Origin: Heptranchias perlo
Taxonomy: Eukaryota
Length of the DNA stretch: 64,000 nucleotides
Assembly: GCF_035084215.1 (NCBI RefSeq)
Contig: NC_090349.1
Coordinates: 9,114,001 to 9,178,000, forward strand
Reading direction: 5' to 3'
Part shown: positions 1 to 12,465 of the stretch, piece by piece
Layout: each line of letters starts with the position of its first letter
How positions within the stretch are numbered: the first letter of the stretch is position 1
Program-made: the position numbers and the translations under genes
The notes under the pieces: model-generated
The model's database searches: none
What the model saw: the letters and a program-made list of their open reading frames with translations, nothing else
Told to the model about the DNA's origin: nothing

Positions 1-121
1 TAATTGTTCGAGATTGATTGCTATGATTAGTCAACTACTCGATTAGCATTGATTTTACGAGGATGGTAGAAGGAGAACCAGATGGACCGTGGTCTTTTTT
101 CGTCTACCAATTCCTATGTTC

Positions 122-1447
122 TGAAAGGTGAATTAATAAAGCAGCTTTAATTACAACAGGTAATGAGGAAATATTCAAAAAAGAAATGATAAAAAAGGAA
201 TGACCAGCAAGAAAAACAAATTCCAAAAGGAAAGGCGTTGGGAAGCGATAACTCGAAGGAGAATCGATGCCGAAGGTCAAAAACAACAAAAAATTTTAAC
301 GATGGGAAGGTAGGGAGCAAGAACACGAACGGAGAGCTAAAGGAAAAGAGTGGAAATTAGGAACTGACATGAGGTACGGGACGCAACAAAAAAAAAACAA
401 AGATTGATGATTGACACAGGAAAATGGAAGGATCGATAGATTGTTTAAAAACCTGGAGAGCAGTTTATAAATCTGATTTTCCAAGGAGAGGTCGTAATTG
501 TGGAAAAGAAATCCCATAGGAAGCCGAAGGTCCTAGCAAAATTGAAGAATGCAATCTTGCAAAGCTCATACAGCTATGTTATGTTTTAGCCTTTTATGTC
601 CATTGATAGCATGCGAAATGACCTTGTCAAGCTGATGAAGAACGTGATTAGCAACTATTTAAGGAGGTTCAAATGATTGAGGAAGTTATCCATGTTAGTA
701 ATAATAAGCAAGGTACGGTAACAGATAACAATAACCAGACAAAACTACAATTCACATGCATAGTAAGGGGCAGGTGGTCTGCGTGGCCCCGAGGGTACTC
801 ACGTACTACCCCGACGTACAACTAACGTATTTGTGTCTTAACCTCACGTACCGCAGGCATCCTAACGTACTAATATCCCACGCATTGAATAGTATAACGG
901 TAAGATACACCAGTACGCCTTAGGAATTCTAAGTGGACTTGCACTCGGCAATCAGAGGATTCAGTTCACGAACTCCCGATGAATTCCGTGCTTGTGAGCA
1001 TAAAATTGGTACCTATCTCATAATTACGGCGTATGTTGGATTTGTATCATTTGATAAATGAAGGGTAGTAATCAGATGTCTTTGTGCCTTTTGAATCCAC
1101 GAGCCTTATCCTTAAGGATTGTTCTAATGTACTGGCGACCGCAGCAAGACTTTAAGATAAGTGAGCATTGGAATGTTTAGTTTGGGACTGGCTATCTCAA
1201 CCAAGCAGAATTCACATATTACCAGATTCTGGTTTTAAAATGGAGAAACTGGGAGAATATGTAAATTGGTATATGGCACGACAGGGCGATGGACGCCAGA
1301 AGACTGGAGATCTGGTGGGGAAAGGTATCTTCTTGAACAAATTAGCCCATATTCTCGAAAAGGATTTCTTGGACACCCACAAGAAGGACAGGACTGAATT
1401 TTCCCTTATAGAATGATTGTTTGCCGTTTCTAAGGCTCTGTCGGACG
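122..1447 (+). mobile_element. LTR-retroelement/ERV remnant: putative LTR, tRNA-Arg PBS (1133-1150), gag-like stub from ATG 1240
   Basis: TGGCGACCGCAGCAAGAC resembles the complement of the tRNA-Arg(TCG) 3' end; ORF MEKLGEYVNWY... starts 90 bp later. LTR limits uncertain. Confidence 0.55.
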
Positions 1448-1523
1448 GGGACAGTGGTGTAGTGGTTATGTTTCTAGATTAGCAATCCAAAGGCCTAGAC
1501 TACTAGCCCAGAGAATGGTGAGT

Positions 1524-3960
1524 ATACAAAAGGGCAAAGGGGGAGAGGAATTTCTGGAGTGTGTTCTGCAAAACTTCCTTGATCAGTATGTTTCTAGCTC
1601 AACTAGGATGAAGGCATTGCTGGATCTGATGCGGGGAATGAGGTGGGTCAAGAGCAAAAGTATCAAAGGGAGAACACAAATGGAACAGCAATCATAGTAT
1701 CATAAGTTTTAGATTAGTTATGGAAAAAGTCAAGGAACAACCTAGAATAAAAATACTTAATTAGAGGAGGGCCAACTTCAGTGGGTTGAGAACGGATCTG
1801 GCCCGGGTAGATTGGAATCAAAGATTGGCAGACAAAATTGTAATTGAATATTGGGCAGCCTGTCCAATGGCGATAGTTCAGGTACAGTCTCGGTACATTC
1901 CCATGAGGCGGAAAGGTAGGGCTACCAAAGCCAGAGCTCCCTGGATGACGAAAGAGATAGAGAGAAAGATAAAGCATAAAAAGGGGGCATATGGCAGATG
2001 TCAGGTTGATAATACAAGTGAGGACCAGAATGAATATAGAAAGCACAGAGGAGAAGTGAGAAAGTAAATAAGAGGGGCAAAGAGAGAGTATAAGAATAGA
2101 CTCACGGCTAACATAAAAAGGAATCCAGAAGTCTTCCATAGGCATATAAATAGTAAACGGGCAGTAAGAGGAGCAGTGGGGCCAATTAGGGACCAAAAAG
2201 GAGATCTACACATGGAGACAGAGGGCATGGCTGAGGTACCACATGAGTACTTTGCATCTGTCTTTACCAAGGAAAAAGATGCTGCCAAAGTCACAGTAAA
2301 AGAGGAGGTAGCTCAGGTACAGGATGGGCTAAAAATTTACAAGAGGAACTACTAGAAAGCTGGCTGTACTTAAAGTTGATAAGTCACCCAGTCTGGATAG
2401 GATGCATCGTAGGTTGCTGAGGGAAGTAAGGGTGGAAATTGCAGAAGTGCTGGCCATATTCTTCCAATCCTTCTTGGATATGAGGGTGGTGCCAGAGGAC
2501 TGAAGAATTGCAAATGTTACACCCTTGTTCAAAAAAGGATGTAAGGATAAAGCCGCAACTACCAGCCAATCAGTTTAACCTCGGTAGTGGGAAGCTTTTA
2601 GAAACAATAATCTGGGACAAAATTAATAGTGACTTGGACAAATGTGGATTAAGAAAGGAAAGCCAGCATGGATTGGTTAAAGGCAAATTGTGTTTAACTA
2701 ACTTGATTGAGTTTTTGATGAGGTAACAGAGAAGGTTGATGTTGTGTATATGGACTTTGAAAAGGCTTTAGATAAAGTGCCACATAATGGGCTTGTCAGC
2801 AAAATTGAAGCTCATGGACTAAAAGGGGCAGTGGCAGCATGGATACGAAATTAGCTAAGTGACAGGAAACAGAGAGTAATGGTGAATGGTTGTTTTTCGG
2901 ACTGGAGGAAGGTAAACACAATTTCCCCAATTTCAAAATTTGCAGATGACACATAACTTGGACGGATCGTAATCAGTGATGAGGATAGTAATAGACTTCA
3001 AGAGGACATAGACAGGCTGGTGGAATGGGCGGAAACATGGCAGATGAAACTAAATGCAGAGAAGTGCGAAGTGATACATTTTGGTAGGAGAAATGAGGAG
3101 AGGAAATATAAACTAAATGGTACAATTGTAAAGTGGGTGCAGGACCAGAGAGACCTGGGGTTATATGTGCACAAATCTTTGAAGGTGGCAGGACAGATTG
3201 AGAAAGTGGTTAATAAAGCATACGGGATCCTGGGCTTTATAAATAGAGGCATAGAGTACAAAAGGCAGGAAGTTGTGTTGTACATTTATATACACTGGTT
3301 CAGCCACAACTGGAGTATTGTGTCCAATTCTGGGCATCACACTTTTGGAAGGATGTGAAGGCCTTAGAGAGGGTGCAGAAAAGATTTACTAGAATGGTTT
3401 GAGGAATGAGGGATTTCAGTTACATGGATAGACTGGAGAAGCTGATGTTGTTCTCCTTCGAGCAGAGATGGTTGAGAGGAGATTTGATAGAAGTGTTCAA
3501 AATCATGAAGGGTTTAGATATAGTAAATAAAGAGAAACTATTCCCATTGGTGGAATGGTCAAGAATGAGAGAACACAGATTTAAGGTGATTGGCAAAAGA
3601 ACCAAAGGCGACATGAGGAAAAACGTTTTTACACGGCGAGTAGTCATGGTCTGGAATGCGTGTCTGAAAGTGTGGTGGAAGCAGATTCAATCACGGTTTT
3701 CAAAAAAGAATTGGATAAATATTTTAAGGGAAAAAATTGCAGGGCTCTGGAGAAAGCGAGGGGTAATAGAGATAACTAGATTGTTCTTACAAAGAACTGG
3801 CATGGGCTCGATGGGTCGAATGGCCTCCTTCTGTGCTGTAATCATTCTATGATTCGATGGCTCACCACCAGCTTCTCAAGGGCAATTAGGGATGGGCAAT
3901 AAATGCTGGCCTTTCTGGAGACGCCCACATCCCATGAATGGATTAAAAAATGTTTCTATG
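1524..3960 (+). mobile_element. CR1-type LINE, 5'-truncated, decayed ORF2 (unit 1 only)
   Basis: Fragments FLDQYV, SQHGLVKGKLCLTNLIEF, WQMKLNAEKCEVIHFG, LRGDLIEVFKI; 3' tail GAATGGCCTCCTTCTGTGCTGT...ATTCTATG. Confidence 0.9.
3861..3950 (+). mobile_element. ~90-bp 3' terminus of the CR1/Crack-like LINE family seen at 43265-45921
   Basis: CAAGGGCAATTAGGGATGGGCAATAAATGCTGGCC...CCCACATCCCATGAATGGATTAAAAAA matches the reverse complement of 43265-43360. Confidence 0.75.
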
Positions 3961-4289
3961 AAATCCCACCATGTTTGTTTGAGAATTTGAACTCAGTTTT
4001 ATAAAACTGGAAATAAAAAGCTGGTACCAATAAAAGTCGCCTTAAAGCTGTCGGATCGCCGTGTAAACCCAACTGATTCATTAATGTGCTGTCGCGAAGG
4101 ACACCCACCATCCTTACCCAATCTGGCCCATAATTGATTCCAGACTGAATCTAGAGTGGTTTAAAATATTCCAAATAGTTTTATTGACAATAAAACACTA
4201 CAGTTTTCCAGATTAGGTGAATTGCTCGACGGAATGGCTGGCCCAACAGAGTGACAACGGGAGTTCGATGAGAATGGGAATTCATTGAT

Positions 4290-7200
4290 AAATGCAACCT
4301 CTGATTTGAGTCCGGTATGATGTGTTGCCTCCCTGGTGCCCGGGTAAAGGACATCACTGAGAGGGTGCAGAAGATTTTGAGGGGGGAAGGGGAACAGCCG
4401 GAAGTCGTGGTCCATTTGGGAACCAATGAATTGGGAAGGAAAAGTCTCCTGCAGTCAGAGTTTCAGGAGCTAGCGAGGAAGTTAAAAAGCAGGACATCAA
4501 TGTTGGCAGTATCTGGGTTCCTCCCATGGCCTGCACTCGTGAGTATAGGAATAGTAGGATCAGACAAGTTAATGCGTGGCTGGAGAAATGGTGCAGGAGG
4601 GAGGGCTTCATATTCCTGGAGCGTTGGGACCAGTTCTGGAGCGGGAGAGACCTGTTCAAAATGGATGGGTTGCATCTCAACAAAGCTGGGCCAATGTCCT
4701 GGTTGGGAGGTTAACCAGTGCTTGGGGGAGAGTTTAAACTAATTTGGCAGGGGGATGGGCACCAGGATGGAACATTAGCGAGGAGAAACAAGGTGCACAG
4801 AGGACTGGGAGGTAACACAACAGAAAAGAATAGTTCCAAAATAGGAGGGATCAGACAATGCAAGGCAATCTAAGATGAGTTTAGAGTGCATGTGCGTCAA
4901 TTCTTGCAGCACGGTATATAAGGCTGGTGAGCTGCAGGCTCAAGACGCCACATGGAACTATGGTATAGTGGCAATAACACCGACCTGGCTCAAAGAAGTG
5001 GAGGATTTGGTACCTAATATACCTGGATACCTTGTAGCCTTGAAAGCTAGGAAAGGGAAGAAAGGAGTGGGGTGGGGGTGGGGGTGGAAGTACTGATAAA
5101 AGAAACTATTATAACACTGGAAAGGGATGATGTAGTTGAAGAGTCAAAGACAGAATCTATTTGTTTACAATTAAGGAAAAATAGAGGAGCTATCACACTA
5201 CTGGGTGTATACAATAGGCCACCAAATAGTGGGAAGAAGATAGAAGAGAAAATTTGCAGCAAATTATAAAAAGGTGCGGAACTATAGAGTAACGATAATG
5301 GGGGACTTCAATTATCCCAATATACAGTGGGGCACTAACAGTGTATAGGGTAAAGAGAGGGAGGAATTTCTGAAATATGTTCAAGAGAACTTACTGGAGC
5401 AGTATGTTTCCCGCCATACCAGAAAGGAAACAGTGCTGGATCTAGCTATGGGGAATGAAGTGGGGCAAGTGCAGCATGTTTCAGTGGGGGAGCATTTGGG
5501 GAACAGTGATCATAATATCATTCGGTTTAGAATAATTATGGAGAAGGACAAGAACAATAAAATGCGAAAATGCTTAACTGGAGGAGGACAGATTTCAGTG
5601 AATTAAAAAAGGATCAAGCCCAGGTGAAATGCAATCAAACATTGGTAGACAAAACAGTAATTGAACAATCGGAGGCCTTCAAGGAGGAGTTGGTGCAAGT
5701 ATAGAGTCGACACATCCCTACGAGGGGGAAAGGAAGGGCATCCAAAGCTAGAGCTCCCTGGGTGACTGAAGATATAGAGATTAAATGCCACCGAAAAAGG
5801 AGGTTTATGACAAATGCAAGGTTCATAATACAATAGAGAACCAGACTGAATACAAAAAGTACAGAGGAGATCTATAAAACGGAACAAAGGGGTCAAAGAG
5901 AAAATATGAGAATAGATTAGTGGCCAACATAAAAAGGAACCCAAAAGTCTTTTATAATCATATAAATAGTAAAAGGGTAGTCAAAGGAAGGGTGGGACTG
6001 ATTAAGGACAAAAAGGAAGATCTTGCCTAGACAGGGGGCATGACTGAGGCACTAAATGAATACTTTGCATCCGTCTTCACCTAGAGAAGAGAATGTTGCC
6101 ATTGTAGCAGTAATGGAGGAGGTAGGAGCGGTATTGGACAGGATAAAATAGATAAAGAGAAGGTATACAAAAGATTGGCAGTGCTCAAAGTAGAAATGTC
6201 ATCCAGTCCATGATGCAACCTTGGTTGATGAGGGAAGTAAGGGTGGAAATTGCAGAGATCCTGGCCACAATTTTCCAATCCTCCTTAGACATGTGTACGG
6301 TGCCAGAGGACTGGAGGGTTGCAAATGTTGCACCCCTGTTCAAAAGAGGGGAGAATGATAAACCCGGCAATTACAGGCCAGTCAGCCTAATTTCGTTGGT
6401 GGGAAAACATTTAGAGACAATAATCCGGGACAAAATTAATTGGCACTTGGAAAAGTATGGGTTAATAAATGAAAGTCAGCATGGATTTGTTAAAGGAAAA
6501 TCGTGTTTGACTAACTTGATTAAGTTCTTTGAGTAACGAAGAGGGTTCATATTGTGTATATGGACTTTCAAAAGGCATTTGATAAAGTACCAAAAAGTAG
6601 ACTTGTTAGCAAAATTGAAGCCCATGGGATTAAAGAGACAGTAACAGTAGCTTACGAAATTGGCTAATGGACATAAAGCAGAGAGGAGTGGTGAACAGTT
6701 GTTGTTCAGACAGGAAGGAAGTATGCAACGGTGTTCCCCAGGAGTCAGTATTAGGACCACTGCTCTTTTTGATATCTATTAATGACCTGGACTTGGGCAT
6801 AGAGATTATAATTTCTAAGTTTGCAGATTACACGAAACGATATGGACGATAGTAACAGATTACAGGAGGACGGAGACAGGCTGGTGAAGTAGGCAGACAT
6901 GGCAGATGAAATTTAACACAGAGAAATGTGAAGTGGTACATTTTGGCAGGAAGAGTGAGAAGAGGCAATACATACAGTAAATGGTGCAGTATTAAGGAGG
7001 TGCAGGAACAGAGATACCTGGGGATGCACATTCAAAAATCGTTGAAGGTGGCAGGACAAGTTGAGAAGGCTGTTAGAAAAGCAAATGGGACCCTGGGCTT
7101 TATTAACAGAGGCATGGAGTACAAAGACAAGAACATTATGCTAAACCTTTACAAAACACTGGTTCGGCCTCAGCTGGAGTATTGTGTACAACGTTGGACA

Positions 7201-7709
7201 CCAGTCTTTAGGAAGGATGTCATGGTCTTAGAGAGGGTGCTGATGAGATTTACTGGAATGGTACGAAGGATGAGGGAGACTTCAGTTATGTGGAGAAACT
7301 GGTGAAGCTGGGGTTGTTCTCCTTAGAGCAGAGAAGGATAAGAGGATATTTGATAAATGTGTTCAAAATCATGAACGGTTTTGATATAGTAGATAAGGAG
7401 AAACTTGTTTCAAATGGCAGAAGAATCGGTAACTGCAGGACACAGATTTAAGTTGATCGTCAGAAAAACCAGAGGTGACATAAGGAAACATTTTTTATGC
7501 AGTGAGTTGTAATGATCTGGAATGCTCTGCCTGAAAAGGTGGTGGAAGCAAATTCAATAATACCTCTCAAAAGGGCATTAGATAAATACTTGAAGGGGAA
7601 AATTACACAGATATGGGGAAAGAACAGAGGAATGGGAGCACTTGGATAGCTGTTTCAAAGAGCCGGCACAGGCACGATGGGCCGAATGGCCTCCTCTTGT
7701 GCTGTACCT
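4290..7709 (+). mobile_element. CR1-type LINE with ORF1 esterase remnant, endonuclease and RT (unit 1 only)
   Basis: CCLPGARVKD...VVVHLGTN (SGNH-like ORF1), GVYNRPP (APE), NYRPVSL, GVPQESVLGPLLF, SKFAD; CR1 3' tail at ~7680-7709. Confidence 0.9.
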
Positions 7710-10700
7710 AAGTAATAATTGTACAGAAAGTGTGTCGTTATCAAACTGAAATTTAACATAGTGTTCCAGCTTTAAAAAACTGCAAGTCATTGGCAGTTAA
7801 CAGCTGTAAGTGGGTCCCTGACAATGTGTTCATTATTGTGGCTGGAAGTTGACCGACTACTTGTAACTAGTGTGTTTCTGAGGGTATATATTCGACAGAT
7901 ATCTGGAAAAGCACAGAGCTGCAGCACACAGCTGGGCAAGAGTAGGGCGAATCAGCTAAACGAGTGGCTTGATAAACAGAGTGACAACCGGAATTTGGTG
8001 AGGACGGGAATTAGGTGCAGAGAGGGAAGGAGGTGCTAAGCAATTTAAACCGAGGGGCAACAGTAAATAAGTAAATATATAAATAAATAATCGAGACAAT
8101 AAATTAGATGAAAGGGATAAATTTAAAATTAACTAAGTAGAGACTACCAACATTAAAATGATTCGAATTGAATTAAATAAAAATCTGGTATACATAAATA
8201 ATAAAAAGGAGTTAAGGAGATACTAAAATTAAGAGGCACATAATCAAAAAGCAAGGCTAATTAGTTACAAATTAATCTGAAATCAAGCTAAGTCCATCAA
8301 TTAAATATAACCTAGATCTCAAGTAATTTTAATTTCTCTAGAATTAAATTACTACTAAGAAATCATTAAATAAATAAATAAAAATTCCAACTGGCAGTGC
8401 AGGCAACGAGTCGCGACTGTGATCTGTGGGAGTTTGTGGACAGTGAGACTGTCCCAGATTGCTACATCTGCAGGAAATGCCTCTGCCTTGAGACACCACA
8501 GCTCAGAATCCTTGAGCTGCAGTGCGAGTTAGAGACATTCTAACACGTAAGGGAGGGTTAGGAATTTCTGGGTAGCTTTTTCCAGATTACAGTCAACCGC
8601 AAAGGAAAGCACAGGTGCAGGAAGGAGAAAGTGTGATTGTCAGTCAGCAGGGTTGGTGGTACTGAGGGGAGATCGAGGAGGAGGTCTCGCAGACATTGAT
8701 CCGATCCAACAGGTAAAATGTACTTGTTACCTGTGAGGATAAGGAGAAAGAATCTGGGGAGGATAGCCACAATGCTGACCTAGGCACTGTGAAGCAGGGG
8801 ACTGTCCAAAGGGGGGAGGAGCAGAATAGAAAGCTAGTAGTTATAGGGGATTCAACAATTAGAGAGCTAGCAGCTTCTGCAGCCACGATCGAGAGTCTCA
8901 AGGGTTGGTCGAACTGATGGCAGGGTAAGGGATATCTCGATGTCAATGGAACGGAATTTGGAAAGGGAGTGCGATGATCCAGTTGTCAGGGTCCATGTTG
9001 GGACCAATGGCATGAGGAATAAAAGGGAGGCGGTCCTGCTGAGGGGGTATCAGGAATTAGGAGCTCAATTAAAAAGAAGGACCTGAAGGGTGGTAATCTC
9101 AGTATTATTGCCCGAGACACATGCTAATTTGCATAGGGACAAACAGATCAGGAAGGTTAACACATGGCTAAAGGAATGGTGTGGGAAGGAGGGGTTCCTT
9201 TTCATGGGACACTGACAGCAGTACTGGGACAGGAGGGAGACGTATTGTTGGGCCGGGCTGCACCTGAACCGGGCTGGGGCCAAGGTCCGAACGGAAAGGA
9301 TCAATATGGCGGTAAAAAGGATTTTAAACGAATGAATGGGGGAATGGAGAGTGGGGGAGGTGGCGGGTTGGTGGTGGTGAAGGATCAGTCAGAAACAATA
9401 AAGATGGAAAAAAGGGATAAGAGCAGAGTTCAGGTCACAAACGGTGACATAGATACTCCAGGTGAAGGGAATACTAAAATAACTAAACAGTTACAGCGGG
9501 AGTGACAAATAAGAAACATGGTAAGTTAAACAGTGTGAGAAAGTCAGCATCAGGGCGGAAGGACAGGTTAGGGTCTCTTTCCTAAATAAGAGTTTTATAT
9601 ACTAACGCACGGAGTATAAGAAACAAATTGAGTGAACTAGAGGCTCAAATACAGCTTACAGATTGTTACACAGTAGCCATTACTGCAACATGGCTGCAAG
9701 CTGGTTATGATTGGGAGTTAACTATTCCAGGTTATAAAGTCCTTAGAAAAGACAGGGAAACTGGAAGAGGAGGAGGGGTAGCCTTATTGATTAAAGATAC
9801 TGTTAAAACATTAGTAAGAGAAGATATAGGTTCGGCAAAGCAATCAGCGGAGACACGATGGTTAGCATTGAGTTAGAATAAGAGAGGACTTAAAATTGTA
9901 ATGGGAGTTATCGACAGGCCTCCTGGCAGCAGCAATGAAGTGGCCGAATGTATTAATTCAGAGACTAGAGAAGCTGAAAGCAAAAGCAGTGCTGTTTTAA
10001 TGGGAAACTTTAATTTTCATATGGATTGGGAAGAACAGATTAGCTCAAGTCAGAAAGGTAGTGAATTTCTTGAATGCATTCAAGATAGTTTTCTGGAGCA
10101 ATATGTTCTCGAACGAAAAAGAGGGCAGGTCACATTAGATTTAGTAATGAGTAATGAGGCAGAAGTGGTTAATAATCTAACACTAAGGGAATATTTATCT
10201 AACAGTGATTATAATATGATCGAATTCAATTTTAGGTTTGAAAAGGGAAAAATGGTTACTAAGATTCTTGGATTGGTAAGGCTAACTTTAATGAGATGAC
10301 ACAGAGACTGACGGCAGCAAACTGGTCAAAACTGTTATCGGGTAAAACTACAGATGAACAGTGGGAACTGTTCAAAAATAAGTTAGTTTAATACAGGACC
10401 ACAATGTACTCTAATGGGCAAGAGCTCTACTTACTAAATAAAACAGCCATGATCGAGAAAAGTGGTGAAAGATAGCATCAAAGTAAAGGAAAGAGCATAC
10501 AGAAGTGCAAAGCATAGTTTAGATCCAGGGGACTTGGAGAGATACAAGGAACAGCAAAAGAAAACAGAAAAGATGATAAAAGCTGCAAGAAGGAATAAGA
10601 AAAGAAACTTGCGAGGGATATCAAGATTAACAAAAATGTTTACAATTAGATTAGAAGAAAAAGGGCAGTCAAGTGTAATGTGAGCACTTTAAAAACAGAT

Positions 10701-12465
10701 TTGGGTAATATTGCAAATGAAAATAAGGAAATGGCAGAATTGTTGAATAATTCCTTTGTATCAGAAGTCACAGTAGAGGAAGAGGATAATATACCTGACA
10801 TTCCAAGGAAACTTATAACGAATCAACGATTGGAACTCACTAAAGTTAATGTAAGCAAGAAAAGGGTATTGGAAAAAATAATGGCACTAAAAACTCACAA
10901 ATCCCAGGGCCTGATGGTTTCCACCCCAGGCATTTAAAGGAAGTAGGTGAGGAAATTGCAGATACTTTAGCCATAATCTTGCAAAACTCTCTTGATTCAG
11001 GAATTGTCCCTTTAGATTGGAAAATTGCAAATGTAACTCCATCATGTAAGAGCGGTTAGAGACAGAGAGAAACCAAGAAATTATAGAACTTTTAGTCTAA
11101 CGTCTGTTGTGGGGAAAGTATTGGAATCTAAAATTAAGGAAAGAGTGTCTGAACACTGAGAGAAATTTGAGTTGATTAGAAAGAGCCAACATGGATTTGT
11201 AACGGGTAGTTCACTTCTAATGAACGTAATTGGATTTTTTGAGGAAGTAACTGAATTAGCAGACAGGGAATGCTACGGATTAAGTTCATATGGACTTCCA
11301 GAAGGTATTCGATAAGACTTCACTTCATAGAATGTTAGCTAAAATTAAAGCTTATGGGATTGAAGGCAAAGTATTGATCTGGTTAGGAGATTGGTTAGGC
11401 GATAGAAGACAGAGAGTAGGGATAATGGGTATGTACTCGAATAGGAAGGAAGAGACTAGTGGTTCCCACAAGGGTATGTGCTGGGGCATCAACTATTCGC
11501 TTTATTTATTAATCATTTAGATAACACAATAGAGAGCCGTGCATCCAAGGTTGCTGACGACACAATTGATGGCATTGTATGTAGTGTAGACGGGAGCATA
11601 TAATTACAAAGATATATTGATAGATTAAGTGAGTGGGCAAAACTGTGGTAGATCGATTTCAACAGAGCTAATTGTGAGGTCATCCATTTTGGACCAGAAA
11701 AGAATAGATCCAAATATGATTTAAATGGTGGAAAGTTAGGAACAGTGGAGGTCCAGAGAGATTTGGTGATCCATGTACACAGATCACTAAAATGCAGTAG
11801 TCAGGTACAAAAAATAATCAAAAAGGCTAACGGGTAGTTAGCCTTTATAACTAGAGGGCTAGAATATAAAGGGGAGGACGTTTTGCTTCAGCTACTCAAA
11901 GCCCTGGTTAGACCACATCTGGAATGCTGTATACAGTTCTGGGCATTGCACCTTAGAAAGGATACATTGGCCTTGGAAGGAGTGCAGCACAGATTCACCA
12001 GAATGTTACTAGGGCTCCAAGGGTAAGATTGTGAGGATAGAATACATAAACTAGGCTTGTATTCCCGGAATATAAAAGGTTAAGAGGTGATTTGATTGAG
12101 GTTTTTAAGATTTTGACAGGAATTGATCGGATAGAGGGAGAGAATCTTTTTCCACCAATGGGGGAGTCTAGGACAAGGGGACATAAAATCAGAACCAGGC
12201 CATACAGGAGAGAAGTTAGGAAACAATTCTTTACACAAAGGGTGGTAGGAGTGTGGCACTCTCTCCCATTAAAGCTGAAGATGCGAACTCAATTAATAAT
12301 TTTAAACCTGAGATCGATACATTTTGTTAGCCAAAGGTATTAAGGGACATGGAGCCAAGGCGGGTGGATGGAGTTAGGATACAGATCAGCCATGATCTCA
12401 ATGAATGGCAGAACAGGTTCGAGGAACTGAATAGCCTACTCCTGTTCCAATGTTCCTATGTCCAT
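7710..12465 (+). mobile_element. Near full-length decayed CR1-type LINE (5' UTR starts ~4195, split by the previous element)
   Basis: Cys-rich ORF1 start ~8400, esterase motifs, APE (GVIDRPPG, MGNFNF), RT (MDFQKVFD), tail CCTACTCCTGTTCCAATGTTCCTATG. Confidence 0.88.

Larger units (their letters stand above)
1447..4150 (+). mobile_element. tRNA-derived SINE split by insertions (head 1447-1523, body 3961-4150)
   Basis: A-box-like GTGGTGTAGTGG; B-box GAGT|AAATCCC is broken; contiguous in units 2 and 3. Confidence 0.6.
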
